A stretch of 64,000 bases of DNA from Nitrospirota bacterium (GCA_963732675.1 CAVTAJ010000020.1:139887-203886); one strand, 5' to 3'. Counted from the first letter of the stretch, positions 13,187 to 23,728 are shown. The notes: generated by a model not told the origin, from the letters alone. Translations and numbers: made by a program.

Positions 13187-13261
13187 GGACACGGCAAGCG
13201 GGTTTCGTAGCGGAACAAGTGACGGTACTTTTCATTCAGCGAACAAAATGGGGTCGCCCAT

Positions 13262-13294
13262 TTAACGGTCACCCATTTAATGGGTGACCGTTAA
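13262..13294 (+). terminator. perfect 15-bp stem / 3-nt loop hairpin 76 nt downstream of the acs stop
   Basis: ttaacggtcacccat-tta-atgggtgaccgttaa, followed by a weak T-run (gaggttttg). Confidence 0.45.
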
Positions 13295-13824
13295 ATGAGG
13301 TTTTGAAATATCATTATTCAGTTGAAAGCGATTATTTCCGGCATGGACAAGAAGAGGCAGTGGACGTAGTGTCTCCGATACGAACCGACGAGTTTCGCTG
13401 AAATTCACGAGGGCTGATTAACCGTCTTTGATAATTATTCGTATTCGTCAAACTGCACGCTCGTACGGTATCAAACACTATCCTTCGTAATCATCTTCAC
13501 CGGCCCTCCGCGGTGCCACACAAACGCTCCCCTTCTTCTCCCATCCTGCCTTACGATCCTCAACAGGCTACGACCAGATGTAAAATGGAAGTTGGATATC
13601 TGGAATCTCCTACTTATGTATGCCATTAAAACCCGCAATCCTTGACCCGGCCAATGATGTTGTGCTTAAATATAATTAAAATGATCATATCGTAATTTTC
13701 ATGCCATAATTATGACATGGAGGTGATGCGTCCCATGGTTGTCATACTGAAAAACGTCATGTGGTTCTTTGTCTTTTTCATCCTCCAGCAAGCACTGACC
13801 TCTTTTGCTGCCGGGGATGCATAT

Positions 13825-14459
13825 ATGCAAAAGCGGCAGCAGATGGTCGAGCAGGATATCAGGGGCAGAGGGGTCAAGGACCCGGTGGTCTCCGGGCGAT
13901 GGGCACAGTGCCGAGGCATCTGTTCGTGAATGCATCGCTCAGGGGCCAGGCATACGCAGACCATCCCTTGCCGATCGAAGAGGGCCAGACCATATCTCAG
14001 CCCTATGTGGTCGCGCTCATGACCGAGACCTTACAGCTCAAACGAGGCGACCGGGTCCTTGAGATCGGGACCGGATCGGGCTATCAGGCTGCGGTGCTGG
14101 CCGGGATCGTACAAGAGGTCTATACGATCGAAATCCGAAAGACACTTGCAGACAGGTCTGAAAAGACGCTCGCCGATCTCGGATACCGGAATGTAAAGGT
14201 GAAATTCGGCGATGGGTACTTCGGCTGGGAAGAGCACGCGCCTTTCGACGCGATCATTATCACCGCCGCGGCAAACCACATCCCCCCGCCGCTCATCAAG
14301 CAGCTCAAGGAGGGCGGCAGGCTCATCGTGCCGCTGGGGAGCACGGTCTATTACCAGATGCTCACGCTCGCGACAAAGAGAAAAGGCGAGCTGGACGTTG
14401 AGCAGCTGAGCCCGGTGGCCTTCGTGCCGATGACTGGTGAAATAGAGAAGAGGCGATGA
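13825..14459 (+). pseudogene. pcm: protein-L-isoaspartate O-methyltransferase, 1-bp frameshift near 13890
   Basis: [22 protein letters not shown] (frame 1), then [11 protein letters not shown]...[11 protein letters not shown]...[15 protein letters not shown] (frame 0). SAM-binding motif present. Upstream hydrophobic ORF 13717-13824 may be a signal peptide. Confidence 0.8.
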
Positions 14460-14772
14460 CGTATTGAGACGAAGATTTCACATTGAAACCTTGTATCACG
14501 AAGTTGGCTGCTTTTTTGTTTGTTCCATCTGCGAGTGTGCAGCCGCGATTGATCAATACAGATGCAGAAACGGGCATATTTTGCGTATCGTTGCCTGCCA
14601 CTGGTTGATATATCCTGTCCGGCGATCAGGTGGTATTGTTGAGAATCGGGAATTGATCCCTTTGATGTCATGGTGCATGTGAAATCCGATAATGCACTGG
14701 TTCTTCCGTGCAAGTTTAATTAACATTTAGCAGCACCATCATGCTTAGCCTATTAACTCAATCAGCCTGCTG

Positions 14773-14986
14773 CTACTCAACAATGATTTTTAATGATGCG
14801 ATGTGATCGATAATGATCCGGACCTCATCGTCAACTAACATCCATGTGTCCTCATTTATATCACGATGACATATTCTGTCTAATTCAAAATTGGCATTTG
14901 ACTCTTTTGTCAACGGCTCACCCTGGAAGTTAAAAGATTTTGTATGTTTATCTCCATTGTCTAATGTGATAAGTATTTTATACATG
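14773..14986 (-). CDS. hypothetical small protein (71 aa) in a low-GC islet
   Basis: GGAG RBS + ATG (MYKILITLDNGDKHTKSF...). Region 14690-15260 is clearly AT-richer than its surroundings. No recognisable domain. Confidence 0.3.
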
Positions 14987-15259
14987 TTTTGTGCTCCTTC
15001 AATAAAGTGTTGAGTAGATGATTTTTCATGCACGACTATATGCTTGATCTAAGAATATGTCAACGATTACGATTGGTCATGTTAAGGGTATTCGGCGAAC
15101 ACCGAATATAGCCTTGCTCTGTTTCAAAGAAATGCGACTTCAACGAGTTCAGGAAGTACTTCTTGCCAAACGAATATATCAGAGAATCAATAATTCATAT
15201 CGCATTCTACTATTTTCAAATCATGGTTGGGTAGGTCCAGAGTTTAAGACTTATCAATG

Positions 15260-17659
15260 TTACTCTGCGTGGGTATTCCATTCCCGGTGAATTACCCAAA
15301 AAGCAAGCAGGTACATCGACGATCCGCAGAACAGCACGGACTGAAATCCCGCGGAAAGGGCAAGCATGATAGCGAGGATGGGCGCGAGCACCGAAAAGCA
15401 GCCGTTCACTGCCCATGCCCAGGGGATGAGCCGGGGCGCGGCCGTATGGAGGAGTGAGATCCCCAGGGGGAAGGGAATGCCCATCAGGATTCCGGCGGGC
15501 ATGACGAGCACAGAGGAAAAAGCGATTTTCGCCACGAGGGGATACACGCTTATGGCTGACGTGATCCCGGGCATCAGGAGGCTGTAGGCGAAAACCAAAC
15601 CCGCAAGGGCCAGCAGGATGCGCGGGTTGTTCAGCGCCCGGATGCGCCGGCTCAGGAGGCTGCCTATGCCTGAGCTGATCAGGACCGACGCAATGACCGT
15701 GCTTGCGGCCGAGGAGGGGTTCTCGAGCGTGAGGATCATTTTCTGGATGAATGCGATCTCGATGAACAGATAGCCGATGCCGAGCAGGGCGAAATACGAG
15801 AGTGCACGGAGAGGGTCGTGCAGGACTATCGCGTCTTCTTTATTCCTCATTCTGAGGAGCGGCAGGAGGATCAGGGCAATGCTCACGACGAGCACCTGAA
15901 CAAAGAGGACCGGAAGGAGGTAGCCCTCTTCGATGAAATACTGCCACTTCTCTCCCATGAGCCGGTAGATTGCCTTGGTGTTCTTCAGGGTCAAATAATA
16001 ATGGAAGAAGGGGCGCTCATCGGAGACCGGCCGGATGTCGAAGAGGTAATCGGCCATGAACCGGCTGCCGGTCTTCTTGTCCATCAGTCTCCGGAAGGCG
16101 TCGGCATATTCGTTCCCCGGCTGTTTGATATACACATTGCTCTCTTCGGGCTTGATGCCGGGATAGTACACAAGGTCAAACCTCTTCTCGCGCGCAAAGG
16201 CCTTGATCCGTCCGATGTCCTCGATCGTCAGTGCCGATTTCTTCATGACCAGGGTCAGGGTGTCCCAGCTCCGGATAGCGGCGACATGCCCGGAGATGTC
16301 CGTGATACCGGACGCTTCCGCGGACCTGACCAGGGTCGCGAGCAGGCGCAGTTCCGTTCTCGGCGGCGGGATGAGGTAGAGGTTGACCGACAGGAAGCCG
16401 CCGGGTTTCAGGCCAGCCACGTAGCGCTCGAAGGCCTCGATGGTGAAACGGTAGTCTTCTGCAAACCCGAAGGCCGCGGAAGGCAGTGGGCCCATGAGCG
16501 AAAGATCGATAAGGTCGAACTCCCGGTGTGATCCGGCAAGCCACGTCCGCGCCAGACCGGTCCACACCTGGTGCTCATAGACAGGTGATCCATGCGTCCG
16601 GCCGTATTCCCGCATCACGCGAAGGAAGAGAGGATTTGAGTCTATGGCAGAGATGTTCCTCGATCGGAACTGTCGGGCCAGGAGGAGGGAGAGACCGGCC
16701 CGTGGTTCGATGATGAGCGCGTCCTGATTTGGGCTCAACTGGTAGGCAAGGCTGGAGGGGAGGGACCCGAGGAAGGCGAGCCTGTCGCGGTCCGTTTCGT
16801 CGGTTATCGCATAAAGGTCGCCGGCATCGATGGCAATCCCTGTCTGCTCAGGGAGCGGCTCAAGATACGTAAAGCTCAGACCCGGCGCGAACCTGACGGC
16901 GGGGCTCTTGAACAGGTCGATGCGGGCGTAGGGGCTGTACGCTGTGTAGAGTCGCCTTGCGCCGGGGAACTGCAAGGCGAGCGCGAAGGGTTTGTAGGCC
17001 GATATCCTGGGCTGGATGCATTGTGGATTGATGAAGAGGACGGCCAGATTCGCGGCGATGAGGAGCAGGGAAAGGAACCGCATTTTCCGATCTCTTTGAG
17101 AGAGGAGTCCGGTGGCAAGAAGGGAAGAGATGATGAACACGCTCGTTTCGGGTCCACCCAGGGAGAGCAGCCAGACCATGGCGAGCGCTCCGATCCCGGC
17201 ACCCACGAGGTCCGAGGCATAGATCGCGTTGACATCACGCGACATCGCGGTATAGGCAGCAGAGACGATCAGTCCAAAGCAGAAGAACGGAACGCAGAGG
17301 ATGACGTAGTAAAGGCTTATGGCGAGTAGCTGCAGACGGTCCCAGGGAAGCCGCGCGGGATCGAAGGGCACGGTGTTGGCAAGGAGATAGGAGAGGGGGA
17401 TGCTTATGGCCAGCAAGAGCCCGTACAGCGGGACCCTGCGAAGGTCCTTCAGGCCCGGAAATACCGAGAGCACAGTGCCGCTGGCGCCGATGCCGAGCAT
17501 GGCGATGCTGATGACCATGAATGCGAAGTGATACCAGAGGGAAATGGAAAATATCCGGATGAGCGTCAGTTCGAAGGCAAGGCTCACAAGAGAGGCGATA
17601 AGAACGAGCCGCAGAACGGCGCGGCGGTCATGCCAGGATATCTCCATGTGCTGATTCAC
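15260..17659 (-). CDS. fused MFS/spermidine-synthase-like polytopic membrane protein (N- and C-terminal multi-TM domains flanking an aminopropyltransferase/SAM-MTase-like domain)
   Basis: 799 aa. ~7 TM helices on each side. Central spermidine-synthase-like fold (DALIIEPRAGLSLLLARQF...FDLIDLSL...GLKPGGFLSVN). Confidence 0.8.
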   Translation of the reverse strand: MNQHMEISWHDRRAVLRLVLIASLVSLAFELTLIRIFSISLWYHFAFMVISIAMLGIGASGTVLSVFPGLKDLRRVPLYGLLLAISIPLSYLLANTVPFDPARLPWDRLQLLAISLYYVILCVPFFCFGLIVSAAYTAMSRDVNAIYASDLVGAGIGALAMVWLLSLGGPETSVFIISSLLATGLLSQRDRKMRFLSLLLIAANLAVLFINPQCIQPRISAYKPFALALQFPGARRLYTAYSPYARIDLFKSPAVRFAPGLSFTYLEPLPEQTGIAIDAGDLYAITDETDRDRLAFLGSLPSSLAYQLSPNQDALIIEPRAGLSLLLARQFRSRNISAIDSNPLFLRVMREYGRTHGSPVYEHQVWTGLARTWLAGSHREFDLIDLSLMGPLPSAAFGFAEDYRFTIEAFERYVAGLKPGGFLSVNLYLIPPPRTELRLLATLVRSAEASGITDISGHVAAIRSWDTLTLVMKKSALTIEDIGRIKAFAREKRFDLVYYPGIKPEESNVYIKQPGNEYADAFRRLMDKKTGSRFMADYLFDIRPVSDERPFFHYYLTLKNTKAIYRLMGEKWQYFIEEGYLLPVLFVQVLVVSIALILLPLLRMRNKEDAIVLHDPLRALSYFALLGIGYLFIEIAFIQKMILTLENPSSAASTVIASVLISSGIGSLLSRRIRALNNPRILLALAGLVFAYSLLMPGITSAISVYPLVAKIAFSSVLVMPAGILMGIPFPLGISLLHTAAPRLIPWAWAVNGCFSVLAPILAIMLALSAGFQSVLFCGSSMYLLAFWVIHREWNTHAE

Positions 17660-17783
17660 TCATAAACGGTCGTGATGAGGCGCTCATCACCGTGGCGAAC
17701 CGATAGGCGCGGCCAGGCCTTTTCTTAATGCCCCGGCTTTTTCCGTTCCCGCCCGTTCCGGCCGGGAAACAGAACAATGTGTT

Positions 17784-18320
17784 CTATTTGATGATCGCCA
17801 CGCGCGCCGCCTGCGGACCTTCCTTCCCCTGTTCCTCAATGAACGATACTTCAACCCCGAATTTCAGATTGCTGAAGTCATCATTGAGAACACTGTTGCG
17901 GTGAAAATAGATCTCACGCTGGTCGTCGTGTGTGATGATGAAGCCATACGCCTGGTCGGGAAAGATCCTGATGATGCGGCCAATTGGCGGTGTCTCATGG
18001 GTCTTCACCTCGCCCCGCCTCTGCCGGGCATGCTCTTCAAGCCGCCTTGCCGCAGTGTTGAAGGCATCACGGACCGCGACATAGGGATCTTCATTCTCTT
18101 CACGGGTCACCGCCATTTCCTTGCCCGGCACGGTGATGTCGATATGGACGCTGAACAGTTTGCCCTGATGCTGCCGGCGCTGCGATTCCTCGACCACGAC
18201 ACGGCAACTCATGATCCTGCTGAAATATTTATCCAACTTGGCCGCCTTTTCATTGATCTTCGCTTCAATGGCCTCGGATAGCGGCATGTTTCGAAAAGTG
18301 ATCTGCAAGGGAATTTTCAT
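17784..18320 (-). CDS. hpf: ribosome hibernation promoting factor (HPF/RaiA) fused to a C-terminal cold-shock domain
   Basis: RBS GGAGGA before ATG (MKIPLQITFRNMPLSEAIEAKI..., HPF fold). C-terminal GRIIRIFPDQAYGFIITHDDQREIYFHRNSVL...KEGPQAARVAI matches the CSD consensus (FGFI...V.FH.S...KGPQA). Confidence 0.85.
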   Translation of the reverse strand: MKIPLQITFRNMPLSEAIEAKINEKAAKLDKYFSRIMSCRVVVEESQRRQHQGKLFSVHIDITVPGKEMAVTREENEDPYVAVRDAFNTAARRLEEHARQRRGEVKTHETPPIGRIIRIFPDQAYGFIITHDDQREIYFHRNSVLNDDFSNLKFGVEVSFIEEQGKEGPQAARVAIIK

Positions 18321-18587
18321 AGTTGATCCTCCGGACTGCTGTATTTGATGCGTATACCCCTGATTTAAAAGTAGCACAAAGGATATCGACTGTCAAATGA
18401 AGGGGGAGCGGACAGTGGCTGACAAGAAAGTAAAATTACGTTATAGTTTACTTGATGTATGCTATATTTATATAACGATATTTCACCCTTCGACCCGCAC
18501 CGAAGATGCGTCGGAGAAACTTGCAGCTTTTCCTTTGGGAAAACAAAAGTGTTCAATAGATGTTAGCGCGGGATAGGAGATGCCCTG

Positions 18588-19522
18588 ATGGCAAAGGCGA
18601 ACATTCTTTACATCGAAGACAGTGAAACACAGGGAACAGTTACAAAGAACGTTTCTTGAGAAAAGCGGATACGAGGTGACGTGGGTCCGCGATGGGATGT
18701 CCGTATTCCGCGTAGCGAAGACCCAGCCTATTGACGTTATTCTCCTCGACCGTGTGTTGCCTGATATGGACGGAAACAGGGTATGCGTCTGGCTCAAGCA
18801 AGATGAGCATACCAGGGCAATTCCGATCATTATGCTCACTTCCTTGAATGCCACTGCGCAGAAAGTCCAGGGATTAGAGGCCGGCGCCGACGATTATCTT
18901 ACCAAACCATACGACGAAATAGAGCTGAACGCCCGGGTCTACGCCGCATTGAGGACAAAACACCTGAGAGACGAATTGAGCCGGAAGAACGACGAATTGC
19001 AAGTAATGCTCAGGAAAGTTGAGGCGCTGTCCATTACCGACCCGCTGACCGGGCTTTATAACAGGAGGCGCTTCGAGGAAGTACTGGATTCGGAATTTAA
19101 AAAATCCAGCAGATACAACTCCCCCCTCAGTTGCATGATGATGGACATTGATCACTTCAAGAATGTAAACGACACCTATGGCCATTCGGTCGGGGACACG
19201 GTCATCAAGGACATTGCGCTGATCATTAAACAAGGCATCAGGGACGTAGATACCCCGTCCCGCTGGGGAGGTGAGGAGTTCATCGTGCTGGCCCCCATGA
19301 CGCCAAAGGCCGTTGCTTTGACTTCCTGCGCGCAGAATCTTACAGTCCGTGGCTGATCACGCCTTTACGGGTATGGGCGATAAAAAAGTGACCGTCAGTA
19401 TAGGGATCGCCGACCTGTCCGGTCCCGGCATCGACTCAGCCGGCAAATTGGTCCAGGCGGCCGATAAAGCACTGTACGAAGCAAAGAAAAACGGGAGGAA
19501 CAGGGTCGAAGTGGAGGGGTAA
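18588..19522 (+). pseudogene. response regulator receiver-GGDEF (diguanylate cyclase), two frameshifts (near 18630 and near 19325)
   Basis: MAKANILYIEDSETQ (frame 0), then receiver and GGDEF domains (DPLTGLYNRRRFEE...GGEEF) in frame 1. C-terminal ADHAFTGMGDKKVTVSIGIADLSG...ALYEAKKNGRNRV is in frame 2. Confidence 0.75.
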
Positions 19523-19713
19523 AAGCGGATTCAATGAGGATACGAAGCGAGCGGGGACCGGAGATCTGTGGCAATGAGAACGACCGGGACCAATACTAAG
19601 AACGTGATTCAATAGACTACTTCTGGTAACTGACCATTCAGCGGATAAAGTGCTGACTGAGCGAAGCCTGCTGAACAGAGACTGGCGCCCTGTTTACGCT
19701 GCCGGCTGACGCA

Positions 19714-20946
19714 CTACTTTGTCACCACCACGATGCCCGACTCGGTGACGATGCATCCCCGCATACGGTCCTCTTCGTGGTCGAAGCCGATCTCCATCCC
19801 TTCCGGTATGTATATTCCTTCATCGATGATGGTTTTCTTGATCTTTGCGCGGCGCCCGATCTGCACATTCTCGAAGAGGATCGAGTCCTCGACCAGCGCG
19901 TAGCTGTGGACCTTGCAGGAGGGGCCGAGAATGGACCGCCGCACGGTCGCACCGCTGGTGATGCAGCCGCCGCATACGAGCGAATCGATGTTCAGGCCGC
20001 GCCGGTTCTCGTCGTCGAAGACCGTTTTTGCCGGAGGGAGGTTCCCCTGGTTGGTCAGGATGGGCCACGTATAGTTGTACAGGTTCAACTGCGGGCTGAC
20101 ATGGATGAGGTCCATGTTCGCCTCGTAGTATGATTCGAGGGTGCCCACGTCCTTCCAGTAGCCCCGCTCGCGCGGATCCATGCCGGGGATATTATTGTCG
20201 TAAAAGCTGTAGGCAAAGACCTTGTCTCCCTGCTCGATCATCATGGGGACCACATGCTGTCCGAAATCGAGGTCCTCGAATTTGCGTTTGCCTTTTTTCA
20301 GTAAATCGATGAGCTTGCTGACGGAGAAAATATAGTTGCCCATGGACGCGAAGCAGGAATTTTTTCCCGGGACCCGCGGAGGGTTTTGCGGCTTCTCCAG
20401 GAACGATGTGACGCGCAGATCTTCATCCACATGCAGGATGCCGAATCGCGTGGCCTCTTCTACGGAGACATCGAGCGCTGCAATGGTAAGGTCCGCTTTG
20501 TTCATGCGGTGATACGCCATCATCTGCGAGATGTCCATCTTGTAGATGTGATCGCCTCCGAAGATGACCGCATACTCGGCGCCTGACGACTCGATGAGGC
20601 GCAGGTTCTGGTAGATGGCGTCGGCCGTGCCCTTATACCACTGCTCGCCCATACTGGTCGTTTCGGGCGAGACCGTATCGTAAAACTCACCAAGGCCTAC
20701 CCACTTGCCCCAGGAGTCCTTGATGTGTTTGCTGAGCGAGTAGGCATGATACTGGGTCAGGATGTAGACCTTACGAATGCCTGAGTTGAACATATTGCTC
20801 AGCACGAAATCGATGATCTTGTACTTCCCGCCAAAAGGGACCGAGGGCTTGGGCCTGCCGACCGTGATGGGGCTGAGCCGCTCTCCCTTGCCGCCGGCCA
20901 GGACCATGGCAATGGTGTTTCGGGTGATGTTTTCGCTTGCGTACAT
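19714..20946 (-). CDS. glgC: glucose-1-phosphate adenylyltransferase
   Basis: MVLAGGKGERLSPIT...PKPSVPFGGKYKIIDFVLSN, the canonical GlgC N-terminus. 410 aa. Confidence 0.92.
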   Translation of the reverse strand: MYASENITRNTIAMVLAGGKGERLSPITVGRPKPSVPFGGKYKIIDFVLSNMFNSGIRKVYILTQYHAYSLSKHIKDSWGKWVGLGEFYDTVSPETTSMGEQWYKGTADAIYQNLRLIESSGAEYAVIFGGDHIYKMDISQMMAYHRMNKADLTIAALDVSVEEATRFGILHVDEDLRVTSFLEKPQNPPRVPGKNSCFASMGNYIFSVSKLIDLLKKGKRKFEDLDFGQHVVPMMIEQGDKVFAYSFYDNNIPGMDPRERGYWKDVGTLESYYEANMDLIHVSPQLNLYNYTWPILTNQGNLPPAKTVFDDENRRGLNIDSLVCGGCITSGATVRRSILGPSCKVHSYALVEDSILFENVQIGRRAKIKKTIIDEGIYIPEGMEIGFDHEEDRMRGCIVTESGIVVVTK

Positions 20947-21140
20947 GCGTTCCGGTCCCTCCCCGCATTGTCCCTTGATTGTTCTCGCACAGTGTATATG
21001 ATCAAGTATACTGTATTTTCAGTGAATGCGCAAACAATTGAATCGTTCACCACACCACGATAACATTCGATTGACAGTATTCTCCTGAGTGTGTTATTCA
21101 TAACGTACTGCCGCATTATTCTGATGAGCGAAGGGGAACG

Positions 21141-22613
21141 ATGACCTCTCTTATTTTCAAGAAGACCATACAGTTGCCTCTGCCGTCCGACGACGACCGA
21201 AGGGCCCATGATCAGCGGATCACCGATACTCTGGGGCTCGGTCCCCTTGTTCTTCCGCTTTCGGTTATGAGAAGGGTCCCTCCAGTTGTGAAGGAGCAGA
21301 CAGCGTTCCCCTGCATTATCGGACGAATCGGGAACGGATACCGGCTGATCGATATCGGGAAGGAGCGTTCTTATTCCATCGCCCTTGACCTCGGGACCAC
21401 GAACCTGGTCGCCCTGCTGTACGACAATATCGCGCAAAAGGATGTCCTGACGAAAAGCCTGGAGAACCCCCAGACCATATTTGGCAGCGACATCATGACC
21501 CGCATGCACCATACCATGTCGGGAAATGGCGAGGAGGTCTACCGGGTGCTCGTGAACGGGATCAACGGGCTGATCGTCGAGCTTTGCCGGGAAGCGCGGG
21601 TAACCGCGCAGGATATCCACGCCATGACCGTGGGCGGGAACACGGTGATGAGCCACTTCTTCCTGGGACTCGATATCAGCACGATCCCCGTGGACCCTTT
21701 TGTGCCCGTGGTCAGGAGCCCGGGGTTCTTCGCGGCGTCGGAGCTGCAGCTTGCCATGAACCCCGAAGCTGTCGTGTACGTGTTCCCGAACGCGGGGAGC
21801 TATGTGGGCGGTGACATCACCGCCGGCATTCTTGCCTCGGGCATGGCCCGATCGGAAAAGACCTCGATCCTGATCGACGTGGGTACGAATGCCGAGATCG
21901 TGATCGGGAACCGGGACTGGATGATCGTGGGGGCCGGCGCTGCCGGTCCGGCGCTCGAAGAGGGGATCTCTCGGATCGGGAAGCGGGCGAAAAAGGGGAT
22001 TGTCTACGACATCGAGATCACAGGGCAGAACATCTCCTGCAAGACCTTTGACCAGGGCAAGCCCGAAGGGATCTGCGGGTCCGGCATGGTAAGTCTGATC
22101 TATGAGCTCTATAAGGCGGGGATGATCGATAAGAGCGGTGCACTTGTCGACGGCGAGCATGTCACGACCATTGACGGAGAGAAGGCTTTCTCGATCGATT
22201 GCGACTGCCATGATGCCCTGTATATAACCCAGAACGAGATCCAGAACTTCATGAAGTCAAAGGCGGCCATGTTCACGCTGCTGCTGGTGCTTACCCGGTC
22301 CGTGGGCATCTCGTTCAGGGACATCGAGACCGTGTTCGTGTCCGGCGCCCTCGGCACCGGCATCAATGCGGAGAAGGCCGTGGGCATCGGCATGCTTCCG
22401 GCGTGGCCGGCGGACATCGTGAAGCCCCTCGGCAACTCGTCCCTCGCGGGCGCGCGCATGCTGCTCATTGACGGCGACCTGGTGAACACGGTGAATGCCA
22501 TAGCAGAGAAGATCACCTACAAACCCATGCAGGACGACCCGGAGTTCATGAAGGAGTACCTGGGTGCAGTGTTCATCCCCCATACCAATCCCGAGATGCT
22601 GAAGGTCGGGTGA
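21141..22613 (+). CDS. ASKHA-fold protein (DUF4445; RACo/AcsV C-terminal-domain-like), no N-terminal [2Fe-2S] ferredoxin domain
   Basis: Actin/HSP70-like phosphate motifs ALDLGTTNLVALL, TVGGNTVMSHFFLG, GSYVGGDITAGILA, CGSGM. Confidence 0.7.
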   Translation: MTSLIFKKTIQLPLPSDDDRRAHDQRITDTLGLGPLVLPLSVMRRVPPVVKEQTAFPCIIGRIGNGYRLIDIGKERSYSIALDLGTTNLVALLYDNIAQKDVLTKSLENPQTIFGSDIMTRMHHTMSGNGEEVYRVLVNGINGLIVELCREARVTAQDIHAMTVGGNTVMSHFFLGLDISTIPVDPFVPVVRSPGFFAASELQLAMNPEAVVYVFPNAGSYVGGDITAGILASGMARSEKTSILIDVGTNAEIVIGNRDWMIVGAGAAGPALEEGISRIGKRAKKGIVYDIEITGQNISCKTFDQGKPEGICGSGMVSLIYELYKAGMIDKSGALVDGEHVTTIDGEKAFSIDCDCHDALYITQNEIQNFMKSKAAMFTLLLVLTRSVGISFRDIETVFVSGALGTGINAEKAVGIGMLPAWPADIVKPLGNSSLAGARMLLIDGDLVNTVNAIAEKITYKPMQDDPEFMKEYLGAVFIPHTNPEMLKVG

Positions 22614-22859
22614 TTCTAACGCGGCTTTATTTCCAATCCGGCGGGCATGCGGGAATCCCTGCAGAAGATCCGAGATGTACCGGACTTCGTGATGCCTTTT
22701 CTTATTTTCCTCTCCCGGACGAGGGCATTGTTCGGACGTCATTCTTCAGGTAGTATGATAAGAAAAAAAGTTCAATCAACAAAAGGCGGCGGCATTTCCC
22801 GTCATCTTCATTTTTCGGAGGATGAAGAGGCTGTAATGCTGAAAGCAAAAATGCAGTGA

Positions 22860-23410
22860 AGACCTCCCACGAAACTCGAAAAGGCGACCTTTGCCGGCGG
22901 ATGTTTCTGGTGTATGCAGCCTCCTTTTGACAGGCTTAAGGGTGTGGTTGCCACCCGTTGTAGGGTATACGGGCGGACACAAGAAGGACCCGACCTACGA
23001 GGAAGTCTCGTCGGGGACCACGGGACATGCCGAATCCATCGAGATCGTCTTTGACCCGGCACAGGTCACGTATTCGGAGTTGCTCGACCTGTTCTGGCGG
23101 AACGTGGACCCGACCACGCGCGATCGGCAGTTCGTGGACGTGGGAGACCAGTACCGGACGGCCATTTTTTTTCACAGCGAAGAGCAGCGGAAACAGGCTG
23201 TGGCCTCAAAGGAGAAGATGGAGAGGTCGGGCAAGTTCGGCAACAAACCCATCGTGACCGAGATCGTGCCGGCTTCAACGTTCTATCCGGCTGAGGAGTA
23301 TCACCAGAAGTACTATCAGAAGAACAGCGTGCGATACAAGTTCTACCGGTTCAATTCGGGACAGGGACCAGTACCTGGAAAAGACCTGGGGCAAGCACGC
23401 GAAGGAGTAG
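22860..23410 (+). pseudogene. msrA: peptide-methionine (S)-S-oxide reductase MsrA, at least 2 frameshifts (near 22960 and near 23358); N-terminal start unclear
   Basis: KATFAGGCFWCMQPPF (catalytic GCFWC) in frame 0. GYTGGHKKDPTYEEVSSGTTGHAESIEIVFDP...AIFFHSEEQ in frame 2. Extra T in cgtTgtagg. Last ~17 aa again in another frame. Confidence 0.7.
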
Positions 23411-23530
23411 CGAACGCCCGCCGGCAGATCTTGAAGACCGGTTCTTGTAAGCCAGCACGCAAAAGCGGGCACTGTCGGTTTATTACTACAACGCATTTGA
23501 ACTTATTTTGGAAGGGCCCTACGTGCGTGC

Positions 23531-23578
23531 AGGGGCCCGCTTAGTCCTCTCACCACAGGGGAGAGGGCAGGGGGCGAT
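23531..23578. repeat. GGGGAGAGGG hairpin element (cctctc-N9-gagagg inside a G-rich tract), intergenic
   Basis: gtcctctcaccacaggggagagggcagggggcg. Related copies at 53695-53755 and 11125-11145. Confidence 0.4.
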
Positions 23579-23699
23579 GGAACTTGCCGCCAATAACACA
23601 ATAAGTAATTCGTTTGTCTTCAAACTCGACCCTCGCTTCCCGGACATTCGCAAAGCCCCACCTGAGATAACAATAAAATATGGTAAATAATAAAAAATA

Positions 23700-23728
23700 T
23701 TGACTTTTTTCGATGAATACGTTATAAA
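23700..23728 (+). promoter_or_regulatory. sigma-70-like promoter candidate for the GGDEF-EAL gene (TTGACT-17-TATAAA)
   Basis: ttgact tttttcgatgaatacgt tataaa, ~65 nt upstream of ATG 23791. Confidence 0.4.

Noticed and set aside
11825-13192. 455-aa ORF antisense to acs, plus many other long antisense ORFs (3304-4449, 6566-7645, 20799-22211, 25045-26535, 32843-33625, 59910-61421)
   Set aside because: These are typical high-GC antisense artefacts. The translations are Arg/Gly/Asp-rich, and the sense strands carry strongly recognisable genes.
13717-13824. Hydrophobic ORF ([33 protein letters not shown]) as the N-terminal signal peptide of Pcm
   Set aside because: Pcm is normally cytoplasmic. 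A well-placed ATG with a GGGGA RBS at 13825 gives a normal-length enzyme, so the start at 13717 was not adopted. The call remains uncertain.
18483-18854. 123-aa ORF overlapping the HPF / RR-GGDEF divergent promoter region
   Set aside because: It overlaps the receiver gene on the opposite strand and has no support.
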